NCBI GenBank assembly: GCA_964016885.1
Contig: OZ024742.1
Location: 193,936,001-194,000,000 of the forward strand
Origin: Eledone cirrhosa
Lineage: Eukaryota
Length of the DNA: 64,000 bases
Direction of reading: 5' to 3'
The position numbers were made by a program, and so were the translations under genes. Each line of letters opens with the position of its first letter. The stretch's first letter is position 1. Under the pieces are notes generated by a model. It had not been told where the DNA came from, made no database searches, and saw only the letters and a list, made by a program, of their open reading frames with translations. Below are positions 1-11,549 of the stretch, piece after piece.

Positions 1-960
1 CAAGGCACTGTTTTGGGTCCACTTCTTTTCATCGTCTACATTAATGACATTACTGACATCATAAGAAACTTTGCAGATGATTCCAATCTCATCAATGACG
101 TGTGTGACCGGACTTGCCTTCAGTCATATCTACTGGCTGTTATCCAGTGGGCGGAAAAGAAGAATATGCTGCTGAATGAAGATACATTCGAGTTGATCCA
201 CTTTGGAAAATAGCATGCCTTGAAACTCCCATATTCTCTTCCTTGGGGTGAAACTCTAGTGGCATCCAACAATATCAGAGACTTGGGAGTAATTGTGGAC
301 AACAACATAAGCTGGGCCACTCATATAAACACAAAAGTTGACATGGCCCGCTAAATGTGTTCGTGGATTCTCAGAACCTTCCATTCGAGAGATATCCACA
401 CTGATATCATTCTCTTCTTCACTTTTTCCCGACCCCACCTTGAATATTGTTGTCCACTGGGGACTCCCAACACGAACCGCAGCATCATAAAGTTGAAGCA
501 CCTCAAAGGTCTATGACAAAGAAGATAGATCGCATGACAGGCCTTGACTATTGGAGTCGGTTAGAAAAGCTCAAACTTTATTCTCTCCAACATCGCTGTG
601 AGCTCTACATAATCTGCATAATTTCGAAAATGTTCCATCAGCATTGACCAACTGATGTTGGCATCAACTTAAAGGTACATAGAAGGCTTGGGCCCCGTGT
701 TATCCGCCCACAACAATAATCTCTCTCGGATCTGATAACAACAATATAGCACAATTATATCACTTCAATTGGTACCGCTCTCTTTAACGTTACACCATAA
801 CACATTAAAACGGAGGTCTTTGCACTAATTCCTTCAAGAAACTCTCGCTTGAGTGGGCCATGGTGTTCAAATCATGATTGGAAAGAATTCGCCAGGTGGT
901 CGTATTAAGTTAGACATGGCCTGGGCCGATAGAGGGCGAAACCTATCAAAGTTATCAAAG
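1..960 (+). mobile_element. CR1/L2-group LINE, 3' fragment (decayed reverse transcriptase C-terminus and 3' UTR)
   Basis: Translates as QGTVLGPLLFIVYINDI..FADDS (RT motifs), then RDLGVIVDNNISW and RLEKLKLYSLQHR, typical of CR1-group ORF2 ends. Contains stops and frameshifts and ends at a (TA)n tract. Confidence 0.85.
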
Positions 961-964
961 TAAG

Positions 965-966
<2 letters not shown>

Positions 967-996
<30 letters not shown>

Positions 997-1131
997 CGAA
1001 GTAAATGTGGAAATGAACCTGGTGGACCATAACGCACCAAAGTACACAATACTTAGGGTAGTAGAGTAGGTAACAGGAACGAGTAGGACACCGACGGGTG
1101 ACCTCAAGCCGTTTCGACGGCTAATTCTGGA

Positions 1132-1190
<59 letters not shown>

Positions 1191-1191
1191 C

Positions 1192-1258
<67 letters not shown>

Positions 1259-1372
1259 TTGTAATATAATGAAACGAAATTTCATTTCTCACTCTTAGTA
1301 CGGCACTTACTTAAATGTAAGTATGTATGTATACGTACATACATATATGTATACAGACGTACAGTAGCATGC

Positions 1373-1406
<34 letters not shown>

Positions 1407-1457
1407 GCATGGTACTGTACGTCTGTATACATATATGTGTGTACGTATACATACATA

Positions 1458-1534
<77 letters not shown>

Positions 1535-1536
1535 AC

Positions 1537-1598
<62 letters not shown>

Positions 1599-1641
1599 TT
1601 ATCGAGCCCTCTTTGGATTTTAGTCTTCAAATTTATCATTA

Positions 1642-1696
<55 letters not shown>

Positions 1697-1762
1697 AATA
1701 TATAAATATATTTATGTAAATATATAAATATATAAATATATATATATAACTATATATATAAA

Positions 1763-1840
<78 letters not shown>

Positions 1841-1850
1841 TATATATATT
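967..1850. repeat. Compound (TA)n microsatellite field with short embedded repeat fragments
   Basis: Long TA runs at about 967-995, 1135-1256, 1461-1597 and 1648-1850. These give the spurious YI-repeat ORFs. Confidence 0.95.
997..1134 (-). mobile_element. PLE pseudo-LTR fragment carrying the 3' half of a hammerhead ribozyme
   Basis: Reverse complement of 5998-6125. Reads TAGCCGTC-GAAA-CGGC..CCG-TC-ggtgtc and is flanked by (TA)n on both sides. Confidence 0.6.
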
Positions 1851-2285
1851 AAAGTGTTTAACAATATTCAATGATTATGTCAAAGAATGAGTTTTACAGT
1901 AGATTGGAAGCACTCAACGGCAAAAAAAAATAATAATTTATAAATCCTTTTCCAGTGGTTATCACTGGCTGATATGATTCATGAGACGTTTTCCTAGATA
2001 TATCGTAGTATCATACACTTTAAAGCTTTTAGAACAGTTACAGTATGCAATGTTTTTTCTCGCTCACACATTCTCTGATGAATTTATTACATTTTCGCAT
2101 TTTCTCATACATATGATATAGTAAAATTTTGTCTTGGGTTAATCACTACCTTGATTAAATCTTAACCATGTAACATCTCAGGGTATGCCATGTATCATTA
2201 TACCTTCTCTGATGATGACGTACTGTTGTACATCCGAAATATGTATAATGAAATGTAATTGATCAAAAGAACATCTATTTTAATA
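1848..2285. mobile_element. Solo pseudo-LTR of the PLE at 7670-11535, with an inverted tail segment and a hammerhead at about 2203-2255 (+)
   Basis: 1940-2285 matches 11065-11418 directly. 1848-1935 is the reverse complement of about 11445-11535. Contains CTGATGA..GTAC tgtt GTAC..C GAAA TATGTATA. Confidence 0.8.
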
Positions 2286-2302
2286 TATATATAAATATAT
2301 AA

Positions 2303-2333
<31 letters not shown>

Positions 2334-2549
2334 TATATTTCGTTTCTGAATTTGTTTAGCAAGATTCTTTATCTGAAATCGTGTGTTGAAACCGATATTG
2401 TTATATTTGGGAGGGTCATGTTGCCAATAAGAAACACACGCACCAGTTGCTTTCACTTCAATTTATTATAATAAATTTATAATAAATTCATAAATTTATA
2501 AATTTCTGGTTGGTTTTTGGTTCCACAACCAGATAGTTGTTTAAATATT

Positions 2550-2592
2550 GTCATAGTTCTTTCGTCACACTCTCTCTGACCTCTTCAGTGAC
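2550..2592 (-). ncRNA. Minimal type I hammerhead ribozyme (PLE pLTR)
   Basis: gtca-CTGAAGA-GGTCA..TGAC-GAAA-GAAC-TA-tgac on the minus strand. Confidence 0.7.
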
Positions 2593-2795
2593 TGGGGATT
2601 CCTTTCTTTGTTTCTGTGCCTCTCCTTTGTTCTGTCCTACGCCATTTTGTTTCTGTGTGTGTGTGTTGTGTGCTCAGTCTGCGCATGCGCCACATCCGGG
2701 TGTCTATGTGTGTTCATGTTCATTTATTTATTTGTTTATTTACATGTTACTGGTTGGTAGTTTGTTCTATGTGTGTGTGTGTTTTCATTTTGTCC

Positions 2796-5200
2796 TTAAT
2801 TGTAAGTTGTGATGTTGCTGTTCCACTCATATTTTCTATTTAATTTTGGTTGTAATTCTTTTATGTTTATTGCCTCTGTGATTTGTCTAAACATTGCGTC
2901 TTTTCTGTGTGTAGATTCTATTTTTATTTCTATGTTCTCTAATTTACCCTTGTGTTCTATTTTAGCATGTTGGTAGAGTACAGATGATTCTTTACTATCT
3001 TGAAGGTCTCGCCAGTGTTCATTTATCCGTTCCCCTACACTACGAGCTGTCTCACCTATGTACACTATATTTTTGTCTCTACATTGTCCTTCAGTACATC
3101 TTATGCTATACACTACATTTCTAGTTTTACAGTTAATATGGGGGCTATTTTACAGGTTATACATTTCTTATCTATACATGTGGGTCTTTGAAAAGGGTAT
3201 GTCTTGCTAATAAGTGTTTTTACGGAGGTACCTGGTCTTTCTACTATCTTAATATGGAGTTTATGTTTATCTAGGGCCCTTCTAAATTTGTAAGCTAATT
3301 CACCTCTAGGGGTTGTATCGATGAACATTACACTCTGGTATTTATTGCTATCATACCATGAGTTTATTCTATTAGCCTTGTTCCTAGTTCTTTTTATTCT
3401 ATTCCAAGATTTGCTCCTATACAAGGGGCAGGTCCCATTTATATCATTATTTACCATTTTTTTCCCATTTGGTTCTGGCTCCTCTATACACTCTGATTTT
3501 ATCTCTCTGATTGTAGCCAGAGGACTGCCTACGGTGGATGAAGTGTTGTATGTGTCTCTCTAGTTCTTCGGGGTTGCACATGCGGGACACGTTTCTCATC
3601 ACCCGTACCAAATCCGCAATCAGTATGTTGATTTTGGTATGGTCCGAAACGGCCGAGTTTCGGTGGATCAGATGTTTGGAAGTAATGGGTTTGGCATAAT
3701 GGGAATGGAGGATTTGTTTTTTGTTATTAATGGGATCTAACCAGAGCTCTGTGTCTAGTACAGGTAATCGATGGTTGGGGTGTTTACTTGGGTAGTCTAT
3801 AGTAACTCTAATGCTCTGGTGGATGGAGTCAGCTCTTGCTGGATGCTTTCCATCGTGTTTTTCTCTAGTTCCTGACTGTTCTCTAGTGGGGGTGACTTAA
3901 CTACGATGTTTATATCATCAACGTAGCGGGAGTACATTATCAGGGTGAAGGGGTCTTCTAATTGTTCTTTAAGTTTAAGTTTAAGTCTACTGTCCCACCA
4001 TACCATGAATAAGTTAGCTCTGTCGCCTGCAATGCTATCACCAATGGCTGCTCCTTCCTCTTGGGCATATGTTTTTCCATTAAATTTGAACATATGTTCC
4101 TTAAGGGTTAGTTTTATGCTGGCCTCCACCGCATGTGCAATCATTTTCTTCAGTTCATCGTGGTTTTCGGGTGTCCGTATGGCTCTGGTCCACCCGATCC
4201 ATCTATCTGTGTGGGTTTTCTTGGCCATTGAGGTAATGGTAGGTCGTCTGCCTCTTGCTGGTCTTGTAGGGCACAGGTTGCTAAGGTCATATGTGTCTAG
4301 GTAATTATTACTATAGGTAAGTTTAAGTAGGAGTCCCAGCTAACTGGTATCAATCCCATGGAACTCAACATTGCTCTCACTGATCATTTCTACGCATTTC
4401 TCCACAGCGAAATCCACGTCAATAGATGGATACAGGGACACAACATCCATACTACCTATTATGCAGTTTGTTAGGTCCCTAGATCGGTTACCCTCCCCGA
4501 TTCTGCTGAGGAGGTCCTCCGTGCTGTCACATACATCTGGGGACATTTCAATGATAGGGCGTATGATCAGGGAGAGGAAGTAGGACAGTCTGTAGTTACT
4601 AGCAATGTTAGCTCCACAGACTGGCCGTGTTGGTGGTCCCGCGACAGGGTCACTGCCCGTTTTATGGTATTTTCGAAGCCCATACAACGCCGGCCCGTCA
4701 TTGTTCCAGGCCTGGAAGTTGTTGGCAGTCCTTTTGTTGGGCTGCATTATATTCGTCCACATCACCATATGGGCATTGAGGGCTTTTTCTCTATCCTCAT
4801 GCTCCTGTGGTGTTATCTCTCTTGTGTTAGTGATGTGGGGTTGCATTGCCTGGGTGTCGTTTGGCAGGCTGTCAACCGACATTCTGCCAGACTTGTCTGT
4901 TGGAAAGCATGCTATCTCTCCATTACGCGAGCGCTGCATGAGCTTACGCAAGCCATTTGCAGATTTTTCTCCAGTTGCTGGGCCTCCATTCTATTATGCT
5001 TCTTGCTATACTGTTCTATAATATTTCTAAGTTCGGATCTAGCTATACTAAATTGTGCTTCTGTTTGTTCATCGCCCTGCGACGGCAATTGCGTGCGTTT
5101 GTTAAATGGTAAAGTCGTGGCGTGGACTCGTCGCATGTAGAACGATTTATCGGAGGGATTATATAAAGTAGAGTTCCAGGCTGCTGCTTTATGTGTACTA
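2796..5200 (-). pseudogene. PLE reverse transcriptase plus C-terminal GIY-YIG endonuclease (frameshifted)
   Basis: Motifs PTDKSGR, YGLRKYHK, PPTRPVC, SMDVVSLYPSID, GAAIG, YSRYVDD, a Cys linker CIDKKCITC, and YSIRC..VYIGETARSVGERINEH..EAINI..PKLN. Confidence 0.9.
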
Positions 5201-5733
5201 GTGCTATTGTTATTGTTAGTTGTGTTGTTTCTATTTCTATTTCCACCAACAGCCTCATGGTCGTTTCTATGTCTCTCATAATTACTCCTATCTCTTTCCA
5301 CTTGCTCATTATTGTTATCTAGCCTATGTTGTGTGTCTGTGTGTTCGTCTTGGTTATTTTCTTTGTCCTTAGTCTCCCTTCTCCTTTTAATCCTATTACT
5401 TTCCCTTATTTCTGTGATTTCTGTGCTACTGTCATTACTTGTTTTCTGTGTCTGTGTGTTTGTTAAGATTGTGGTGGTGGTGGTGAGAGGCATTGAATGT
5501 CTGTGTGTTGTTGTTGTTGATGTGTGCTGTTGTTGATATGTGTTGTTGTTGTCTCCGTGTGTGTTATTATTGTTGTGTGTGTTGTTAAATAAACAAATAA
5601 ATAAATGAACATGAACACACAGAGACACCCGGATGTGGCGCATGCGCAGACTGAGCACACAACACACACACAGAAACAAAATGGCGTAGGACAGAACAAA
5701 GGCGAGGCACAGAAACAAAGAAAGGAATCCCCA

Positions 5734-5776
5734 GTCACTGAAGAGGTCACAGAGTGTGTGACGAAAGAACTATGAC
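5734..5776 (+). ncRNA. Minimal type I hammerhead ribozyme (inverted pLTR copy)
   Basis: gtca-CTGAAGA-G-GTCACA gagtg TGTGAC-GAAA-GAAC-TA-tgac. Stem I gtca/tgac. Confidence 0.75.
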
Positions 5777-5940
5777 AATATATAAACAACTATCTGGTTG
5801 TGTAACCAACCAACCAACCAGAAATTTATAAATTTATAAATTTATTATAAATTTATTATGATAAATTGGATCTCTGGTGCGTGTGTTTCTTATTGGCAAC
5901 ATGACCCTCCCAAAGTATAACAATATATATATATAAATAT

Positions 5941-6125
5941 ATAGGAAAAAGTATGACATCAACGGCAGAGCTCAAGCCGTTTAGACGGCTATCAGAAATA
6001 GCCGTCGAAACGGCTTGAGCTCTGCCGTCGGGGTCATACTTTTTCTATTACCGACTCTACTACCGTAAGTATTGGGTACTCTGGTGCGCTATGGTCCATC
6101 TGGTTCCTTACCACAATTCCTTCGT
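5941..6125. repeat. About 50 bp hairpin (5941-6048) centred on hammerhead stem II, plus pLTR tail
   Basis: gaaaaagtatgac..gacggctat-cagaa-atagccgtc..gtcatactttttc, with only a few mismatches. Confidence 0.9.
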
Positions 6126-6139
6126 TATATATATATATA

Positions 6140-7005
6140 TATATATTCCTACCTATAGTTGCTCGCACATTGCACGGTTTGTTGTTTTTTATCACTGTAT
6201 TGTTACTGTTATTCTCTTTTCTTCCTCTTTGCTTTCCTTCCCACCTTCGTTTTCCAAATGACTTATCCATTTATTGACGCCCTGGGCGGAAGTTATCTTG
6301 TCTTTAAAGCGTAAAAATATCCGAGACCCCAGTACAAGATTGAGGATCCCCCCCCCCCCCGTTCTTGCTCTCATCGTATTCCCACTGGATTTTAAGTTAC
6401 CTTAAAGAGCAACTACACAGCCATTTCTATTCTCCATATATTTCATCATGTTTTTCGTTGTGACCATTCTTCCCTCCCCTTCTACCTATTTCGCCACTTT
6501 CTACTCTCACCCCTCTTTCTTCCCCTCCCTTTCTCCCTATCTACTCTTACCCCACTTTCTTGCTCTCCCTTTCTCCCTCTCACTTTCACCCCCTCGCCTG
6601 ACCGTTTAACAGTTCCCTTCTCACTTACGGCTGCGGTGACCGAACGTGTGTCCTCTTGACCACTCAGTCTTGAACTTAAGTTCTCTTATCGAGTGGTCTT
6701 GGATTTCCTACCTATATTTGCTCGCATATTGCTCGGTTTGTTGTTTTTTTTCGCTGTTTTGTTACTGTTTTCTCTTTTCTTCCCCTTTGCGTTCCTTACC
6801 TTTCCTTCGTTTTCCCAATAACTTATCCAGCTATTGACGCCCTGGGAGGTAGGTATCTTGTCTTTAAAGCGCAGAAATATCCGAATCCCCCAGTAGACAA
6901 CTGATGATGAGAGCTCACCTCGCCACGCTTGCTTTCTTCGTATTCCCACTGCATTTTAAGTTACCTTAAATAGCAACTACACAGCCATTTCTATTCTCCA
7001 TATAT
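6140..7005 (-). repeat. Two diverged copies (about 6140-6440 and 6705-7005; a third at about 15420-15580) of a probable PLE 3' end remnant
   Basis: The copies share ttgacgccctggg..tatcttgtctttaaagcg and ttttaagttaccttaaa..gcaactacacagccatttctattctccatata. The minus-strand translation YW..RIFLRFKDKI..SQGVN weakly resembles a GIY-YIG C-terminal E..I...P.GLN motif. Confidence 0.5.
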
Positions 7006-7124
7006 TACACTATATATATATGCATTGATTTGTAAGAAAAAAAAAATTAACACATACAAATCGATAAAGAAGAGAGGTTGCCTATTCGTGCTTTAGTTTT
7101 CAGGTCATTCAGTATCGGTAGAGG

Positions 7125-7290
7125 GTCGGACGTCATGCTTTGCAGCAAAGTGTTACGGCCCTTTATGGTCTGAGTTCAAATCCCGCCGAAGTTAACCTTG
7201 CCTTTCATCTTTAAGAGGTCGATAAAATAGAGTACCAGTAATACACTGGTATAATTGCTTGCATTGTGCCAAAAGTAGAAACAGTTATTA
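7125..7290 (+). mobile_element. tRNA-related SINE (cephalopod-type family)
   Basis: B-box-like gagttcaaatcc, then gccgaagttaaccttgcctttcatc..gtcgataaaat..gtaccagt..gtgccaaaagtagaaac. Homologous to 44445-44620 and 50870-51058. Confidence 0.8.
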
Positions 7291-7429
7291 GTAAAGAACG
7301 AAAGCGCTTATTGCGAACAATGAAATGGAATTTCACAACCGTTATATACAGAAAGGTATAATATGAGTATATACACCTATACATACACACAGATATGCAG
7401 ACATGTACATATACATACACATATGTATG

Positions 7430-7646
<217 letters not shown>

Positions 7647-7696
7647 CCATATACATACATATGTGTAATAAAATAGATGTTCTTTTGATCAATTAA

Positions 7697-7749
7697 ATTT
7701 TATTATACATATTTCAGAGGTACAACAGTACCTCCTCATCAGACAAAAT
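7697..7749 (-). ncRNA. Minimal type I hammerhead ribozyme
   Basis: attttgt-CTGATGA-GGAGGTAC tgtt GTACCTCT-GAAA-TATGTATA-ataaaat on the minus strand. Confidence 0.8.
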
Positions 7750-8067
7750 ATAATGATACATGACATACCTTGAGATGTTAAATGGTTAAGATTTAATCAA
7801 GGTCGTGATTAACCTAAGAGAAAACTCAACATTTATACCTTAATAATGAGAAAATGCGAAAACGTAATAAATTCAATAGAGAATGTGTGAGTAAGAAAGA
7901 CGTTGGTTAATTTGACAGTTATAGAGATTTTAAAATGTAGGATACTACAATTTATGGTTATCTAGGAAAACATCTCATGGATTATAACTGTCCATGACGT
8001 CCGCTGAAAGAGGATTTAAAGAGAGGGAAATATAAAGGGGAGTAATATATGCAGAAAGAGATAATAT

Positions 8068-9945
8068 ATGAGAAAGATAATATATGAGGAAGTGATAAAC
8101 AAAGATGAATATAACAACTTGATTTTAAAGGAACTTAGGAAAGATTACAGAAAAGCCCCGGCTGATGATCTTACTGAAATTAATGAAGAAGCCTATAAAT
8201 TAATTACCAATTTGGGAATAGAAGGAAGAACCGAACCATTCTTACCTAGGCAGGCGAGGATTAACTTGAAGGATCACAAAAGAAACTTTGAGGAAGAGAT
8301 GCCAGTTAGATTGATTGCTCCACCCAAATCGGATATTGGAGTAATCAGTAAAAACATCATCGATAGAATATTACCCACTCTTAAATTGAGATCGAATTTG
8401 AGCTTGTGGAAAGATAAAAATGAAATCATAGAATGGTACAAGAATATAGATGATAAGAAAAACCATAAATTCATCCAGATGGACATTACTAGCTACTATT
8501 CTTCCATAACACCTAACCTTCTAAATAAGGCTCTTTCATATGCTTCTAAGCATACTGATATAACCAGGGATGAAATAGACATAATACTAACAGCTAGAAG
8601 AACTCTTATTAACTTCAACAACGAATATTGGACCCGCTCAGATAGAGATAGAAATGTTGATATCACTATGGGGGCATCCGATTCTGCGCAAATCACAGAT
8701 CTTCTGGGAATTTTCATATTAAATATTATAAATAGAAAACTACCGGAGATTACCGGTGGTTGATATAGGGACGACATTTTATTTACGGTGGTCAAACACA
8801 ATAATATAGAACTAAATAGAGTAAAGAAAAGTATAATAGAATTCTTTAAAATGTATGACCTTAAGTTCGAAGTAGAAAATGGTACCAAAATAGTTAATTT
8901 CCTAGACGTTACGTTTAACTTAAACATTGGCTTCTATTACCATTTTCATAAGCCCAATGAAAACTTAAACTAAATCTGTAAAAAACAGCTATAGTAAATA
9001 GTGTGCACAAACGAATTAATAAAATATCAGCCAATAAAGCTATGTTTGATGAAAACGCTGAATACTACAACAACGCGTTAAAAAGAGCAGGATATGTGAA
9101 TAATATAGAATATGTAGATAATAATAATCCAAGTATTAATCTTGATAAAAGTAATAACATATATAAGAGAAACTCTAATAATTATAATTCAAACACCCAT
9201 ACGCCAAATAAATTGAGGAAAAGAACTAGAACTAAATCAGTCATATGGTTGCCCCCCCCCCCTGATTCGGTCGCAGTTAGAACACCAATTGCAAAATTAT
9301 TATTTAATGCTTTGGACACCTCTTTCCCTACTCAACATAAATACCATTCCATTTTTAATAGATACACCATTAAATTCTCGTATTCTACAGCTATGAACAT
9401 GTCCCAAAATATTGCCAAATTAAACACTAAAATTCTAAAACAAAACCCGCATAATGATCTCAATAATAGCGTTAACTTAAATGATACTAAACCAAAATGT
9501 AATTGTAGAAATAAAACTGACTGCCCTCAGCAAAATAATTGTCTAGATAGTAATTTGTTTTATAAATACACCGTAAAAACGGATCACAACACATAAAACT
9601 ACATAGGATCGTCTTCTTCTACATTTAAAGCCAGATTTGCGAACCATAAATGCTCATTCTCGAACTCCAAGAGGAAATGATCCACTTCTTTATCACAGCC
9701 CATATGGTCATTAAAAGAGAGGAATTTAAAATACTCCATTCTTTGGACAACACTTCGGAATTAAGGAGTTTACCGCAACTCTAGTATATCAAATAACTGC
9801 GCGCTCTGTACAATGGAGACCCTGTTGATTATTAATAACTAATTAACAAAAAAGTGAATTATTTTCTAGTTGCCTTCACAAAGCTACGTCTACATACTTA
9901 ACTTCCCACAAAACCGGAAAAAAAAGAAAGAAACACTAAACCATT
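8068..9945 (+). pseudogene. PLE RT plus GIY-YIG endonuclease with CxC-x5-C linker (several stops)
   Basis: Motifs LKDHK..PVRLI.P.KSDIG.ISK, FIQMDITSYYSSI, DITMGASDSAQITDL.G, G*YRDD, NFLDVTFNL, CNCRNKTDCP..NC, YIGSSSSTFKARFANHKCSF, TSLSQPIWSLK, CALC..E, ELFSSCLH. Confidence 0.9.
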
Positions 9946-11334
9946 AAAAACTTGGTTTTCAGACCACAAATAACCAACAGGGAAAAACAATAATGGCCTT
10001 TAATATTGCATTATCTTATAAATATCTATAGAAGAAATAACGCTCAAATGAATGACACTTGTTCAATAACACGCTGACACGTTGATTATACATAACATAA
10101 TATTATTAACTTTGATCCATACCATTATTTCTCTATCTTTATTTTCCTATCTAAGTTTTAAATGTTAGTTTAAATATCCAACCCGTATATTTTTACGGAA
10201 CTTATTTTTAACTGTGAATCGTTCATGTGTTTACATTTTTTTAATTTATAATATGTATGTAATTATTTTTGTAAGTTTTTAATTATACCTACCTTATTTT
10301 TCTATCCATGATTCATATATAGAGCAAATACCCCACCTGTAAATTATTACGGACCTTATTTTGAACTCTGAATTATCCATGCACTTATTATTATTTTTCT
10401 TATATATATGTATTTAACTGTAACACGTTGAAATCTAGTATATAAGATTATAGTCGTTATCATTTACATAAAGTATACTGTATCACTAATACTTAATATA
10501 TATCTATATATACCTCTCTGTATCTCTCTATAAATATTTTTCAGATAACTTCTAAATGTTTAGATTATTATTTATTTACACCCTTTTATATATATGTATC
10601 TATTTAACTTTAGCATGTTTGAATCTATTATTTTATATTCGTTATCATTTACCTAAAATATACTGGCTCATTAATATATCTCTATATACCTAATCATTAT
10701 TTAAATAATTCTAACAATAAGTACTTCAAAATATTTACATGGCGAAAATGTTGACATTTTTATAGGTAATCTTCGTTAAAGATTACATTTAGGAAAATAT
10801 TCAACAGTGTACATTTTCCTTTCGCTGGCCAGGTAAATCTTTTAAATTTTATCCTCAAAAAATTCAGAAGTTTAGAAATGTAACACACTTATGGAATTTA
10901 TAAAATTAATAAATATAAATAACCAGCAACTTTTAAAAAACCCTAAAATCTTGATTCTTCACACTTAAAATAAGAAAAATTAAATATTTTGAAACTTAAC
11001 CGTTTAGCTTTGGGGAAAAAAATCTCTTTCTGCATATATTACTCCCCTTTATCTTTTTCTCTCTTTAAATCCTCTTTCAGCGGACGTCATGGACAGTTAT
11101 AATCCATGAGATGTTTTCCTAAAAAACCATAAATTGTAGTATCCTACATTTTAAAATCCCTATAACTGTCACATTAACCAACGTCTGTCTTACTCACACA
11201 TTCTCTATTGAATTTATTACGTTTTCGCATTTGCTCATTATTAAGGTATAAATGTTGAGTTTTCTCTTAGGCTAATCACTACCTTGATTAAATCTTAAAC
11301 ATTTAACATCTCAGGGTATGTCATGTATCATTAT

Positions 11335-11387
11335 ATTTTGTCTGATGAGGACGTACTGTTGTACCTTTGAAATATGTATAATAAAAT
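11335..11387 (+). ncRNA. Minimal type I hammerhead ribozyme
   Basis: attttgt-CTGATGA-GGACGTAC tgtt GTACCTTT-GAAA-TATGTATA-ataaaat. Confidence 0.75.
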
Positions 11388-11549
11388 TTAATTGATCAAC
11401 AGAACATCTATTTTATTAATATTTGTATTTTAATATTAATAACTCTGGAAAATTATTTACTGTAGAGTGCTTCGAATCTACTGTAAAACTCATTCTTTGA
11501 TGTACTCATTGAATCTTGTTTAACTCTTTAATATATTTATATATATATA

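Larger units (their letters stand above)
2340..5925 (-). mobile_element. Penelope-like element (Neptune-like) with inverted pseudo-LTRs, 5'-truncated and decayed
   Basis: 2395-2742 and 5587-5925 are inverted copies. The internal minus-strand region encodes RT plus GIY-YIG. Both ends abut (TA)n. Confidence 0.9.
7670..11535 (+). mobile_element. Penelope-like element with inverted 5' pseudo-LTR (7670-8062) and sense 3' pLTR (11022-11535)
   Basis: 7670-8062 is the reverse complement of about 11022-11418. The RT/GIY-YIG region lies between them, and (TA)n flanks both sides. Confidence 0.92.

Noticed and set aside
955-1871. Numerous YIYI/HTHT/CVCV/SLSL/RERE ORFs here and throughout the window
   Set aside because: They are translations of dinucleotide microsatellites with no coding signal.
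8761-8763. In-frame TGA in the PLE RT as possible selenocysteine or readthrough
   Set aside because: It falls at the Leu position of G-L-Y-R-D-D (TTA to TGA), not at a Cys. The ORF has other stops and frameshifts, and I saw no SECIS.
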